DNA from: Guillardia theta CCMP2712
Taxonomy: Eukaryota > Protista > Cryptophyta
Reading direction: 5' to 3'
Length of the DNA stretch: 64,000 nucleotides
Assembly (NCBI RefSeq): GCF_000315625.1
Contig: NW_005434673.1
Coordinates: forward strand, 334,270-398,269
In this document: positions 36,315 to 48,531 of the stretch, piece by piece
How the letters are laid out: each line of letters opens with the position of its first letter
How positions within the stretch are numbered: position 1 is the first letter of the stretch
Translations under genes and position numbers: made by a program
Notes under the pieces: generated by a model
The model's database searches: none
Told to the model about the DNA's origin: nothing
Seen by the model: only the letters and a program-made list of their open reading frames with translations

Positions 36315-39300
36315 TCATCCCTCTTGGTCCTCTTCGTCTCCTTGATCACTTTGCTCATCGCCATTAAGCAAACTTCTTGCGCTGTCCTCTGCTTCGGAGT
36401 CCTCAGAAGCCGACTCCTCATCGGGATCATCGGGTTCGTCTTCCGTTCCGAGCGAGTCATAGCGAGCCTGCTGGCGTCTTCTCACGTCGAGCCCTCGAAT
36501 CTTGTCAGCGATGTTGCCAAGTCCGGCGTTGAGACGGCTGGTCAAGGTTCTGTCTTTCTTGTCCTTGTCCTCATCTATCGCTGCTACTGTGCTTTTCTCT
36601 CCTCCTCGAACAGATGCTCTGTCCATATCCTCAACCTGCCGAGCATGTGCCTGTGCTGTGGCTTGGTTGCGGGTCTGCTGCAGGCTCTCTTGAGGCATGG
36701 CATGATGAGTCGGCTTGGGCTTGGGCTTAGCGATGGTGAGCATGAGATACTCCTGCGGCTCTTCCGCGTCTCCTTCCTCCTCATCTGTCAGCAGCTCAGT
36801 CACAGCCAAGTGAGCACAACACGTGAAACAAGCCTGCTCGCAGCGCGTCGATCTTGCTGCCCTTGGAGAGGGGGCTCAGCTCTTTCATCTCGACGTCTTC
36901 CTTGCCGGACACGTCATCAGCAAGGACCGCCATCTCGATGTTCCTCGAGCTCTGCGAGGCTTCCTCCTCCAGATCGAACACGTCGAACTCGTTTGGATCC
37001 GAGGTCGAGCTGGAGTCGGACTCCACGTTGACCTCCTCATTTTGCGCCTCCTTCTGGTACTGCTGCTCGTACCGCACGATGACAATGGCGATGACAAGCA
37101 CGATGAGCAACAAGGAGGAGACAGAGGCGGTCGGAATGATCCACCTCGTGGTGAAATCTTCGTGGAGCACCATCGGTACATGCTGAGCAAGGAACTTCCC
37201 GGCACTCGACCGGTTCTTGCTGGGGGTTTCCTGGGCTTCAGCTGCTGGGCCTGGGGAGTACGGAATGATGCAGAGGAAGGGAGGAAGAGGAGACAGCGGC
37301 TTGCATGTCCATCTGAGGCAGCGCAACCCGCAGGCCCTGCTATTGACGTCACAGAATTCCTCCCGGCAGCAGGATCGAAGCTCTGAGATCGCGCGCCGAA
37401 ACCTGCCAAGGCACGTCAACGGACATGGGAGGGGCACAGAAATTTCTCCGTCACCTCCTCACCCCTGACTCTTGATCGCCCACAGAGGAAAGGAAGCGCA
37501 CGGAGTAAACCACAGCTGCAGCAGAGCTGAAGTTCTGGTGGCCAAGTGACCAGTTTCCGAACGCGCTCCTGCGGATGCTCTGGACATGCACGTCTCTTGC
37601 AGGGATAGCATCCCCCTGCACTGAAGCCAGCGAGGAGAGGGAGGAGACGAGAGCATTGACACTGTCTGAGTTCCCTTGCACAGTGACGTTGAGGCTACTG
37701 GAGGCTGCTACCAGCCAGACCTTCTTCATACCGACCTGGTTCGCCACCTTGACGGCGAAGGAGAGCTGCGCGTTCATCTGGTACCGGGCCGGAGGCCTCA
37801 CGACTCCATCCAGCCATGGCCTCAGCTGGAAGGTGAGCAGCGAGTCGTTGTTGAATGCCGGCGGGATTCTGAGAACGCCCCTGGGAGATCGGATGAAGAT
37901 GCTCACGTTCTCCCTCGAACGCCCGAAGCTCGACCCCAGCATGGTCACCAGCTGCAGTTCATCCCAGAGAAGCCTGTCCGGCTTCACTTGCTCTACGACA
38001 GGGGGATTGTACGAGAACCTCAGCCCTTGTAGGATGCGAGCACGCTGCTCAGCAACGTCCACCCTCAACTCCAGCTGGGATCCAACTCCAGCTGCAACAC
38101 GGCAGTTGATCATAGTGTCATCCACCCAGAAGGACGTCAAGGCGGCGGAGGAGCCAATGAAAACTCTGACGCGCGATCGCGTCGTACCGAAGTTTCTCCC
38201 CACAATGACGATGTCAGCCCCTAGTGTGGGATACGATCCGCCTGCTGTAGGGCGCAGAGCGAGGAAGCCAGTCACCATGGGGGGGTCAACGTCGTACACG
38301 AGAGCTCCTGACACCACTCGCACCCCCCTGCTATCAATCCCGTTGACCCTCCATCCCCTCCCGATCATCGGGCCAACCATGCATGTTACGCTTGTCGGCT
38401 GTTGCATGGTGATGGAGCAGGCAGTGTCGTTGAGCGCGATGGACTGCAGCAGATTCAGATTCTCCCCCTCTACGGTGATGACGTGTCCTCCCGCTGCTGG
38501 ACCCGTGCTGGGATGGATTGAGATCAATCGGGGGACTTCCACGGCGTACACGTAAGCATCCCAGGTCGACACCTGCCCCCCAACTATAACCTTCACTGTT
38601 GCCTTCCCACCATCGCTGTTCGCCGGGACCTGACACTCAGCAGCCTTGTCTTCCTCCCATGTCACCTTCTGGCATGACTTCCCTCCCACGTACACGGCTC
38701 GATCTACTCCGGCCCCTCCGAAGTACTTCCCGTGAATTGTCAGCACCTCCCCCCCTGCTGTGCTGCCCTCGGTCGGTTCGATGAACGTGATGGCCGGAGG
38801 AGTGTAGTTGAAGAGGAATTGCTGCTGCAAGGGAGCGAGTTGAAAGGGCTCGTGGTGGAGCCCAATGGGCAAATTTGCGCCCACACCCATAGGGACCTCA
38901 CACAAGAGCTGGGACGAGGAGAGCGAACGGATCTTGGTGCAAGCTTCGGCTCCGATGGATGCCGAGAGGTTGGGGTGGCACAGGCCGCGGCCGAAGATCG
39001 TCAGACTTTGATGGGGGGAGATTGCGAGATGCGGCCGGACATCGTCGACTGTCGGTTCCCAGGAAAACATCTCCCCGGCGCTCAGAGCGACAAACTCGTG
39101 CAACGTTGAGGAGAACTTGGAGTCATCGAGCCCTCCGAACACCATGAGGGAGCCGTTCGCCATGGCTGCTGCCGCCTGCACGACCGTCAACGCTGGCCCG
39201 CACCATGGAGAAGCAGGCAGGAGTTCGAGCTCGTTAGAGTCAGTGGCCCGATGGATGAACCATGCTTGCTCCTGGTAGACTGAGGCTGCCGCGGGCTGTG

Positions 39301-41290
39301 CCCATCCCCTTCCGTCAGGCTCACCGTACGCCCAGTTGTAGAAGAAAGAGCTCAGCCCGTCCTCCCATGACCATGTGGAGTTGTGATGCAGGCCGATCCA
39401 CACGTAGGGATCTGACGACATGGTCTGCTGCAGGAAGGTAAACACAAAGTCATTCTCGAACTTCGTATGGATCCCCGCCAGCCTCCCCCCGAGACGCGCA
39501 CAGTGCTTGCGTGCTGCACCGTAAATCTTCTTCTGCTTGACGAGGTGCCAACACTCCTGCTGGAAGATGACTCCGTTGCAGGCCAACGAGCTGGAGCAGC
39601 GGACGCTGAAGGAGGGCGAAGCTTGCCACATCTTGGACAGCGGGTCGATCTCGTTCCATCCTGCTGCCTCCACCGGACTCGAGGCCCCTGAGGAGGCGTA
39701 GAGGAAGGAGGATCCAGCTTGAGAGGGTTCCATCACCAGCTGGAGGTCCTTGAGCCGGTAAGGGATCACAGCCGGGCCCACAACCCAGTAGCTCGCCCAG
39801 TAGAAGATCAAGGTTGCCGTATCCCCCACCTCGAAGTTCAGGTCCACCTTCTTGTAGACTAGTCTCCCCTCCAGCTGCTCCCCTGTTGCCCGATAAGTGC
39901 CCGACACGTTCACGCCAGTCAGGAGCCTTTGTCCTTCTAGTTGAAGTTGGTAGCAGGAGGAGGAGGAGGCTGCGGAGGAGGATGCACTCGTGTCGGAAAC
40001 GTTCTGCACCGGGAGTCTGCAGATGCTTGAAGCGTCGAAGAGGCAAGATTCGTCCTTCCACTTCCCTGTGAGGACTTCAAAGATCACGCAAAAAGCCTTG
40101 CTGGCCTTGACGCTCTGACCGCCGAAGACGAAGAGCCTGTCGTGCATAGGAACCATCAAGTGCATTTGTCTGCCCACGAAGGAAGAGAAAGGGAGGACAG
40201 CAGCCTTGGGAAACATCTGCTTCCACGTCCTAGACTGCAGGTTGTAGCTCCAGAGGTCGCTAGTCAGTTGCATCCTCGGCTGCATTCCTCCGAACAGGTA
40301 GAGGGACGGCTGGCCGGTTCCATCATCCCACATAACCATGGCGGCGTAGGCCAAGGGAGGCGGTGAAGTCCTACCATTCTTGGTCATTCTCGTCCATTGC
40401 AGGTTGACAAGATTCAAAGAGTAGAGACCGTCGTCCTGAGGTCCTACCATGCTTGACCCGACGCTGTCATGCCCCCCGAACAGATAAACGGCGTCAGAGT
40501 CTCTGACCGTACAGGCTCCTCGTCGCCGGGACGGGGTCCCGCTCAGCTGAGAAAATGTCCGCCACCTTCCATCCGCAAGATCATATCGATGCATGTCGTT
40601 GTATACAACTGACTCGACAGCCGCTGTTCTGTTACCGGTGGAGACCGGGCTCGAATCTGCATTCTCGAAGTCTGCATTATACCATCCCCCGAAGATGTAG
40701 AGGAAGTTTTCGTACATCCAAGCAACATGTTCACTGCGAGGTGCTGGTGAGGATTTTGTTCCGATCTTCGACCACTTGCCATCATGGACATAAAGATCTG
40801 ACATTGACCCTATCTCTGTGATCCCTCCAAACAACAGCAACCTTCCTGACTGGTCGACTGTGAGCGAGTGTCCGGCCCGGGGACTGGGCAAGTCTCCTCC
40901 ACTCGCTGCTGCTCTCCATATCCAGCCCTCCTTCTCGGTCCATCCATGGAAGTGAATCCACTGCTGAGACGTCAGCTCACACGAGGACGCGATGAATCCA
41001 ATGCGAGCTTTGGGCTCCTCTGTGGGCTGGACGATGCATGAGATGGAGCGCGACGAGGAATGCTGTAGACTCTTGCAGAGTTTGGAACCGACCTGCACCT
41101 TGACAACATGCTGCAGGTTCTGGCCGTAGATGATGATGCTTCCGCCGAACCAGGGCAGAGTGGATGGGGATGCTCGTTGCACGGCAGGGGCGTTTGGGGT
41201 CTTGCTGCAGTCTGGCAGTGAAGTAGAGAGCATCGGATCTGATACGAAGAAGAGGATCAACATGCAGTTTGAGATGAAATGTCTGCACAT
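36315..41290 (-). CDS. Type I membrane protein: IPT/TIG, Kelch propeller with inserted C-type lectin, further IPT/TIG domains, TM helix, acidic tail
   Basis: 1279-aa ORF with six FGG Kelch motifs, C-type lectin (CWHLVKQKKIYGAARKHC...LAGI...VWIGL...WAYGEPDG) and several IPT motifs (PAITFIEPTEGSTAGGEVLTIHG). Downstream exons give TM IIPTASVSSLLLIVLVIAIVIV and an acidic tail to stop 36315. Confidence 0.85.
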
Positions 41291-41869
41291 GCCGACTCGA
41301 TGCAGCTTTTCTCATGGAAGGTATCCACCCGTTACCTCGTTGTCCCAGTTGGACAGCTAACAGCTTTTTACTCCCGCACGATCATGGCGAAGATCTGATC
41401 AGAAGCCGATGCTCACAGATCGGACGTCAGGCTTCTTTCGTCATCCCACCTAGAAGAGCATGTCAGGCCTTATCTCCGTCTCGGACATTAACCCTCATCG
41501 GCCTTGTCATCATTTCTGTTCTGAATCATCTCAAACGTTCGACTTCTCTCCCCTTCCCTCCCCTTCCCCCCTCCTCTCCCCCTGCCTCCCTCTCTCCCTT
41601 CCCTCTCCTTCCTTCTCTCTCCTTCCTCTCTCTCTTCTCTTCCTCCTTCCTTCAGGTCTTCCGAGCACTTCCAGCCCCTCCCGTACGAATAGCACTATTC
41701 ATTTCGCTGTGCCCTCATCCTGTGATTTTCTAGTACATTTATTTATACCCCTTATAATCCCTTATACTTTCTCGAGCGAGCATGAGGAGCCGCATCTCAT
41801 GGGTCGGGGAAGTGAGGGATGGAGGAGTAGCTGAGGACAGACGGAAAAGGATTAGAAGCATGAGGAGAA

Positions 41870-42085
41870 GGAGGAGAGAGAAGGAAGAGAGAGGAGGAGG
41901 AGACAGGAGAAAGGAGGAGAGAGGAGGAGAGAGGAGGAGAGAGGAGGAGAGAGGAGGAGGAGAGAAAAGGAGACAGGAGGAGGAGGAGGAGGAGAGAGGA
42001 GGAGAGAGGAGGAGAGAGGAGGAGAGAGGAGGAGAGGAGAGGAGAGAGGAGGAGAGAGGAGGAGGGAGGAGGAGGGAGGAGGATG
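41870..42085. repeat. Polypurine (GAGGA/GAGGAGGA)n tract between divergent genes
   Basis: About 200 nt almost purely A/G; a pyrimidine tract lies at ~41545-41655. Confidence 0.9.
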
Positions 42086-42108
42086 GAAAATCAAGGGCGA
42101 CCAGAGAT

Positions 42109-44702
42109 ATGATGGATTCACAAACGTGAGCAAGTCAGCCATTCCTAAGATTCGAATCTTTGCGCTCTGCGTCGAAGGCTGTTCGATGCTGCTGAAAGGT
42201 CAACCCAAGTGCTTTGAACTCACTGTATTGATGCAGAAGTATGCATCTTGGGAGCAGCAGGGGGAGAATCCTCGTAAATTCTTTGTTTTCCGTTCTGATT
42301 TGGGATCAAGTTAGACCAGTTTCATCGTGGTGCGTGAATGCACATATCTTCCTCGCCTCTTCTCACACGAGCTCACTGTAGGTCCATGCTGCGATACTCA
42401 AATCCGATCGTACCGGCTAGAAGTTCAATCGCAAGGATCTTCAGCAGCCAAGTCAAACCGCAGCGGGTCCTCGGTGACCAATGGTCTTTCCGCACTCCCA
42501 ATCGCTCGTTTGGCTCTACCCTTGTGTGCTCCTCCCGGGCAGCTGAGCGGCAGCCTCGGTCAGGCTCCCAGCGACGAAGTGCAGACAAGAAGAAGACACC
42601 GGTAGTCAGCGAGTTCCAGCCGGCCGTGTACGAGGGAATGGACTCCGTCAAGAAATTTCTGTCAGCTGGACGATGTGTGGTAGTCCTGCAGCCAGGTAAG
42701 AAAACCTTCCTGACTTGATTTTGCGAGTGAATAGCGGGAACAGGAAAGTCTAAGCTCTTCTACGACGGTAATCCTGTTGTGTTCGGTGGTGCGGTCCAAG
42801 GTATCCTCGGCAATCCTGGTTGTCTTTGTTGCTCTTGAGTTGGAACAACCTGATGAAGGCATTTCTCAAAAGATCCTGGGAGCCTCGTGGTGGTGGCGGA
42901 TCATAATGGTTGAACGATTCGTGTTGCTCAAAATCGGATGTTGACTTGAAGCTCCAGGAAAGCTAGTGGGATGGGGCTTGTACAACAGCGATAGCATGTA
43001 GCCGCGAGTTCTGCATGAGATGATCAACATAACTTGGAGTGTTTAACGACGCAGGTACAGAGTCAGAATGTTATGGCTCGAAAGCATGGACGGAAAGAGT
43101 GACGTAAGAAGAGCAAGCTGGTTTTTACTTGCCGGACTGATCCCTCATCCTCTTATAGGATGAGAAGGATTTTACAATGTTCAACATCATCAAGAAGCGA
43201 TTGACAAATGCTGCTGGTTTGCAAAGTTCTATCAATCTTAGTCCTCCGAGACTTACTGTGATCCAACGCAGCTATCCGCTCTGCTCTGAGCCTTCCTGAT
43301 GAGGAAACCAACGCCTACAGGCTGATCAATGGTGAGGGCGACCGTCTCAGTGGCGTTGCAATCGACGTTTACTCGAACTGGGTTGTGATTTCCTCTTCCG
43401 CTCGGTTTCCAACTTGTTCTGAAGTAATGGAACTGATATGATTTCAGGTGGGTTGAGATCCACAAGGATGTTATCATGGAGGCCGTCAAGGCTGTTGTTC
43501 CAGTCACCTCGGAGGTTGTGTGGAGGCAATCCATTGACAGGCTGCGGCAAGATGGGTTCGATATCCCAACAAGGGCGTCACGAAGCAATGCAGACGAGGA
43601 GCTGCAGGAGGAGGACTTAGACAAAGACGAGATTTCCGAACCAGCCGGCAAGCAGGAATCTGCAGAGTCTACGATCATCTCAGAGTATGGTGTCAAGTTT
43701 GTTGTTTCCCCGAAGCTCGGACAGAAGACAGGTCACTACCTTGACCAAAGAGATAACCGATATGTGCTAGGTAATTTGTCAAGTCAATTCGCTATGTACA
43801 CTTCTTAAGGCTCTGCAGGAAAACTTTGCAAAGGAAAGTCTGTTCTGGACACGTTCTGTTACAGGTGAGATCAGACCCCTCTGATCCTCGTGCTAGCATG
43901 TCTTCATCTTCATGATCTAACTTGACTTCTGCTTCGCAGTGGAGGTTTCAGCTTGCACGCTGCCTTGAATGGGGCAACGAGAGTCGATGCAGTGGACTCC
44001 TCCGATGCGGCCCTGAAGCTCGCGAAGTTGTGGAGATTCAGACACCAGCAACTCGCTGATTCCTGGTGCAGGATGAACGCTGAGCTGAATGGAGTGGCTG
44101 AAGTGGTCAGCCTCCATAAGGCAGACGTGGGAGACTTCCTCACGGTATGCAAGGATAGCACATGTTTTGTTTCAATCTGGTGAGATCTCGGACTGGCAGG
44201 AGCAAGTTGGCAAAGGATGTCAATGGGACGTTGTCATCCTGGATCCTCCAAAGCTAGCTCCATCAAGGTTGCACGAGGCTCTTGCTGCCTGCTCGCTAAT
44301 GCATCATCATCGACAGGAAGGATCTAGAGCGGGCCAAGACCAAGTACAAGAAGCTGAACAAGGCCGCCATGCAGGTTCCATCACACAGGCTCAGCTGAAG
44401 TCCATGTCGCTGACCTCAGCTTGCAAGACGGTGAAGCCAGGAGGATTGCTCTTGAGCTGCACATGCAGCGCTGCCATGGCACAGAGCGGAGAGCTGATCG
44501 ATGTGATCAAGACTTGCGCGAGCGGTGAGAAGCTTGAGCGGGTTGAGAGAACTTCGGAACTGACGAGCCTCGTTGCCGGGGGGCAGAACTCGGGAGGCAA
44601 GTCACGCTCCTCAAGGTTCTTGGAGCAGGGGGCGATCACACGATCCTCCCCGCCTTCCCCGAAGGACAGTACCTCTGCGGTTATCTCATAGCTGTGCTGT
44701 GA
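42109..44702 (+). CDS. rlmI: RlmI/YccW-like SAM-dependent rRNA m5C methyltransferase with a probable organellar presequence; start uncertain
   Basis: Spliced motifs [112 protein letters not shown]; TGA 44700-44702. Confidence 0.88.
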
Positions 44703-44859
44703 CCATCCGATCCCGAACCGGGTTCGCACCAGTGATGAAACTTTCACTGGTGCTCGAGTCCAAGCTATGTGATATTCAGACAGTCATGTGTAAAATAGCA
44801 TGCCAGCCTTGCCAGTCTGACTAGCAGCGCCGAGTTACTAGTTAACAAACTTGACCGTG

Positions 44860-45600
44860 GAACCAACTGAGGACCGTACATTGTCGGAACCCGGGCTCAC
44901 TGACTCACTGTCTACCGCCGAGTACCGTACGGGTGCCGCGAGCTAGTAGCCTGTGCCTCACTGAGGGCACATTGAAGCGGAACCGACCGGGGCGAGGCCC
45001 GGACTCGGTGCGGCCCGGCAGTGGCCGGGGGGGCGCCGTTGCCAGTTCCTTAGAGACCTTTACGACAGGTCATAGGAAATAGAGGTCTCTAGAACCGGGG
45101 TCCTAGTAAGAGGGTACCAAACTATCAACCTCGGTATGTCCAAGTAAATCTTTCTAGTCCAGGTCCTAGGATTGAATTATTATGAAATGAGGGGGTAGGG
45201 TGGATCGAACTTGAGGACTTTTCGGGTAGGGGGTACTCATTGATTCCTTTGCACCGGTTTATTGACCCAAGACTTGATAGGATTCATATGGGTAGGGTAT
45301 AACAGGTTGGCAAAGTCGTTGTTAACAAAAGTCAAATGGGTGGGTACCATTACCCCACCAGTTCAAGACAGGGTACATCAAGGGATTTGGAGGGGTGCTT
45401 GTGTGGAGTTGGCGGGGATAAGACTGATACGGCAGGTGGGGGTACGTGTCTCTAGGTAGGGTAGGCAATGGGGGGGTGGTAGGAGTTATTGGTCATTGGA
45501 AATATCAACTTCTAATAGCAAAGTGTGATCGACTACCCCTGTGTTGAGCAATACTACCCCCTAGTTCACGCATCCATGCCCACCCCCCACCCCCCAAACA
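44860..45600. other. CCGG-rich tract (44860-45045) followed by a GGGTA/TACCC-rich tract upstream of the 45626 gene
   Basis: Word composition read directly; no credible ORF. Confidence 0.5.
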
Positions 45601-45625
45601 CCTCCGACCTTTCCCTCCCAGCACC

Positions 45626-46742
45626 ATGCGCTACATCGCTGTTGCCCTTGCGTTCCTCGCCGTCTGCCATGCGGCCATCCCTCATGAAAGTCAGCAGAAG
45701 AAGGTCAGTCGACGTCGTGTCTCTCTTCTCTCAGCCTCCTCAGCATGTTGCTACTATGCGTTTCTATCAGCCACCTCAACGATATTGCCTTGTCACGTTT
45801 TGTTCCATCTCCCCTCCGCTGCTTGCCTATGTTGGACTCCGCTCTTCATCGTACTTCTAGAGAGCTTCTAGACTATTGTCTCTATCTTTTCAGTTTCTAG
45901 GTCCAATCTGATGAATATCTCTTCAAGGCTGACGAGAAGACGCCGCCCCGCCATAACCACCGTCAAGCTGCCACTCTTTACATGGCCATCATCGAGCCTA
46001 AGGTAGGGTCAAGCTCGGTTGAAGTAGGATATTGATATGTTTTAATGTGCCAGTATCCCAAGAAAGTCACCTTCCCCCTGAGTGACGAAGATGACCTCAA
46101 ATTCCACGCTGCAAGGTTCCTCTCGCGTTTACCGCGCAAGTGACCGTTGTATGTGACCTTTGATGGGCAGGGACGCGTTGATGGAGCATGTCAGAGGCGA
46201 AGCCGATCAATATGATCTCAATGATCATGCCGTTAAGGCAAAACTTCGGGGGAAGACACTCACAAATCAGGTGCTGCAGCTGGGTTTTGAATTCATGAAA
46301 ATGTTTGTTTGTGACGTTGGTCTCAGGATCAAGTTCAGCAGCACATGATCAAGGCGGTCCAGGATGGAATGACCATGCAGGAGGCAAGAATCGGAATGAT
46401 CATCGCTCAGTTCGAGGTTTGAGGTTACTCTTCATGTGACAACAACAACTCACCACGGTGTCGGCAGGACCTTCCCAAGGACAAGCAGGAGGCTGCCCTC
46501 CAGAAGGCCAAAGAGCATCGTGACAGGATCCCTGCTGGAACTCGCGAGAAGGTCATGCAGAGAATGGCTGACCGCAACCGTGAGGTGGGTCTCAACTCCT
46601 TGTCAAGGTTGATCCGTTCCATGTTGACCTCCCCTCACAGGAGCGCGAGCAGCTCAACGGCATGGCCACCCCAGATGCAAAGACTGAATGGGTCCAGAAG
46701 AGATATCAGCCATCCAAGAGGCTGCCTCCAACTCTGCAGTAG
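45626..46742 (+). CDS. Secreted helical hypothetical protein (multi-exon)
   Basis: Signal peptide MRYIAVALAFLAVCHA. In-frame exons ADEKTPPRHNHRQAATLYMAIIEPK / YPKKVTFPLSDEDDLKFHAAR / DALMEHVRGEADQYDL... / DLPKDKQEAALQKAKEHRDRIP... end at TAG 46740-46742. Confidence 0.75.
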
Positions 46743-46875
46743 ATACTCAGGGACTCACAAGCAAGTTTTTCCTTTGTGTTGTGATGTATGCGACTGTAAT
46801 GCAATAATACAACACAAATTAAACAAAGTGTACAATTGAACACCGACCCCTCTCAGCCAGGTTAGATGCTGTTCG

Positions 46876-47854
46876 CTAACGAGCATTCCACTCAGAAAAC
46901 CCGCAGTCCATCGCTTCACCCGTTTGCGCTTGTCCACAGAAGACACTCCCATCAACATTAACGCCTGGAAGAACCTGAGACAATCTTGTCAGCCTTCACA
47001 AAGCAAAGCACATGAATCTTACCCTCCTCTTGTAATGAGCTTTTGGTGGTCTCCCAACATAGTCCTCTTCGAATGCCATGCCTCCCGTGGGGAGCAACAC
47101 TCCATCCTCTTCGACGTCATCACCCTCTGATGACTCAGCAGTGCTGTTCCCTGTCGAGTTGCTGGCGGTTCCCTGGAAGGTCAATATGTCACTTCTCCGC
47201 GTGCAAGATCCTTCCCTTACATTTTGCGAATCATCGTCCGATATCAACTGCACATTGAGATAAGATGCAATATGCGGTTTGCCTTCCATATCCATGTTGT
47301 GTATGAAGTCAGGGCTGAACCAAGTATCCACATTGACGCCTTCATCTTGCAGTCTGTGAGGCCTCCAAGTCATGTTGACGTTGGCCACTTCTTGCCCAGG
47401 TGCGAACTCATTTTCTTCCTGCATAGTATATGTCAACTTTTACACGACTTCTCCGAGATGAGCATACCGAGTCAGCCGCCTCGCCCTCAGCCGCCTCTTC
47501 CTCAGCGGCAAGCTGAGGTGTGGATACCCTTGGAAAAGATTTCGCCCCGAAAAGACCATGCACAATCTCATCACCGAGCAGATTTGCCGCACGTGACTGC
47601 GGTTTCGTGTGCTGCAACAAGTACTGCTTCTGCCTCACCAACAGGGACCTTGGATGAAATCTCCCTTCGTTCGTATGCTTGATTGAATTGAGGGGACCTC
47701 CCATGGTGGTTTGCAACAACTTGCTACCGTCACGATTGGTTGCAATAAAAGAAACCAGTGCCAAGCACATCAAGCATAATGTCGCAAATATCAGAGCTCT
47801 TGAAGATCTTGTTCGGCGTTCGTTGTTTGACAGCAACGCCAAACTTTCCGTCAT
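46876..47854 (-). CDS. Signal-anchor (type II) hypothetical protein with repeated GVNVD motif
   Basis: Hydrophobic ALIFATLCLMCLALVSFIA near the N-terminus; acidic linkers; RLQDEGVNVDTWF and VLPGVNVDGSVFC; last exon ends CGFSEWNAR, TAG 46876-46878. Confidence 0.65.
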
Positions 47855-48164
47855 TGCGGAAGATCAATATCGTATTTCCTTGTTCTCGATAATGATCTAT
47901 GGCCAAATCAATAATCAAGTCACCCTGAATTGCATCATATTTTTCAAAAATCTAGTGTTGTTGTAGGTGATTCCTCCAACTTCACTGATCCGTTTCCCTT
48001 CAAGGTTGGTATTGTACCCTTGCTCCTTCCTCATTCCTTCCTTGCTCACAAATGCTTTTTTGTCGCCCCTATCCTATCTTTCCTCTTACTTTTCCATTCT
48101 CCTGCATTTCACTTCCTTCTCCCCCCCCCTTCGCAATGTCTGCTTGCTTTACCTGACAACTAAG

Positions 48165-48530
48165 CCGCCATGGCACAGTCCTCCCAAGAGTCAATTAAAG
48201 TTGAGCGGGGATGAGGGTTTTATTTCGGACCGAGTCCCGGGCCGCCCCGCCGCCGCCCGGTCCGGCCCGCCGGGCGGCGGGTCGGCCGCGGGCGGCGCCG
48301 AGGAGTCCGGCAGATCGGCCTCAGTGGCCCGGCCGGGCCCCGGGCCGCCGCCCGGACGTCGGTACTAGGCCCCTCGGGTCCCGCCGGATCCGATCTGGCA
48401 TCATCATGAGTCGGATGTTCCGAGTTCGCCCCGGTCCGGCCGGGGCTCCCGGAGTCAGAGGGCCTATACCGGCGGTACTATAGGCTAGCGGCAAGCCGCC
48501 GCTCAGCGGCACTGGGCCGTACGGTATGCC
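48165..48530. other. CCGG/palindrome-rich scrambled tract
   Basis: Very GC-rich ccgg/ggcc words; lies between the YvcK-like stop and the start of the 47854 gene. Confidence 0.6.
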
Positions 48531-48531
48531 A

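Noticed and set aside
41782-42142. Glu/Arg/Gly-rich ORF
   Set aside because: Translation of the polypurine repeat.
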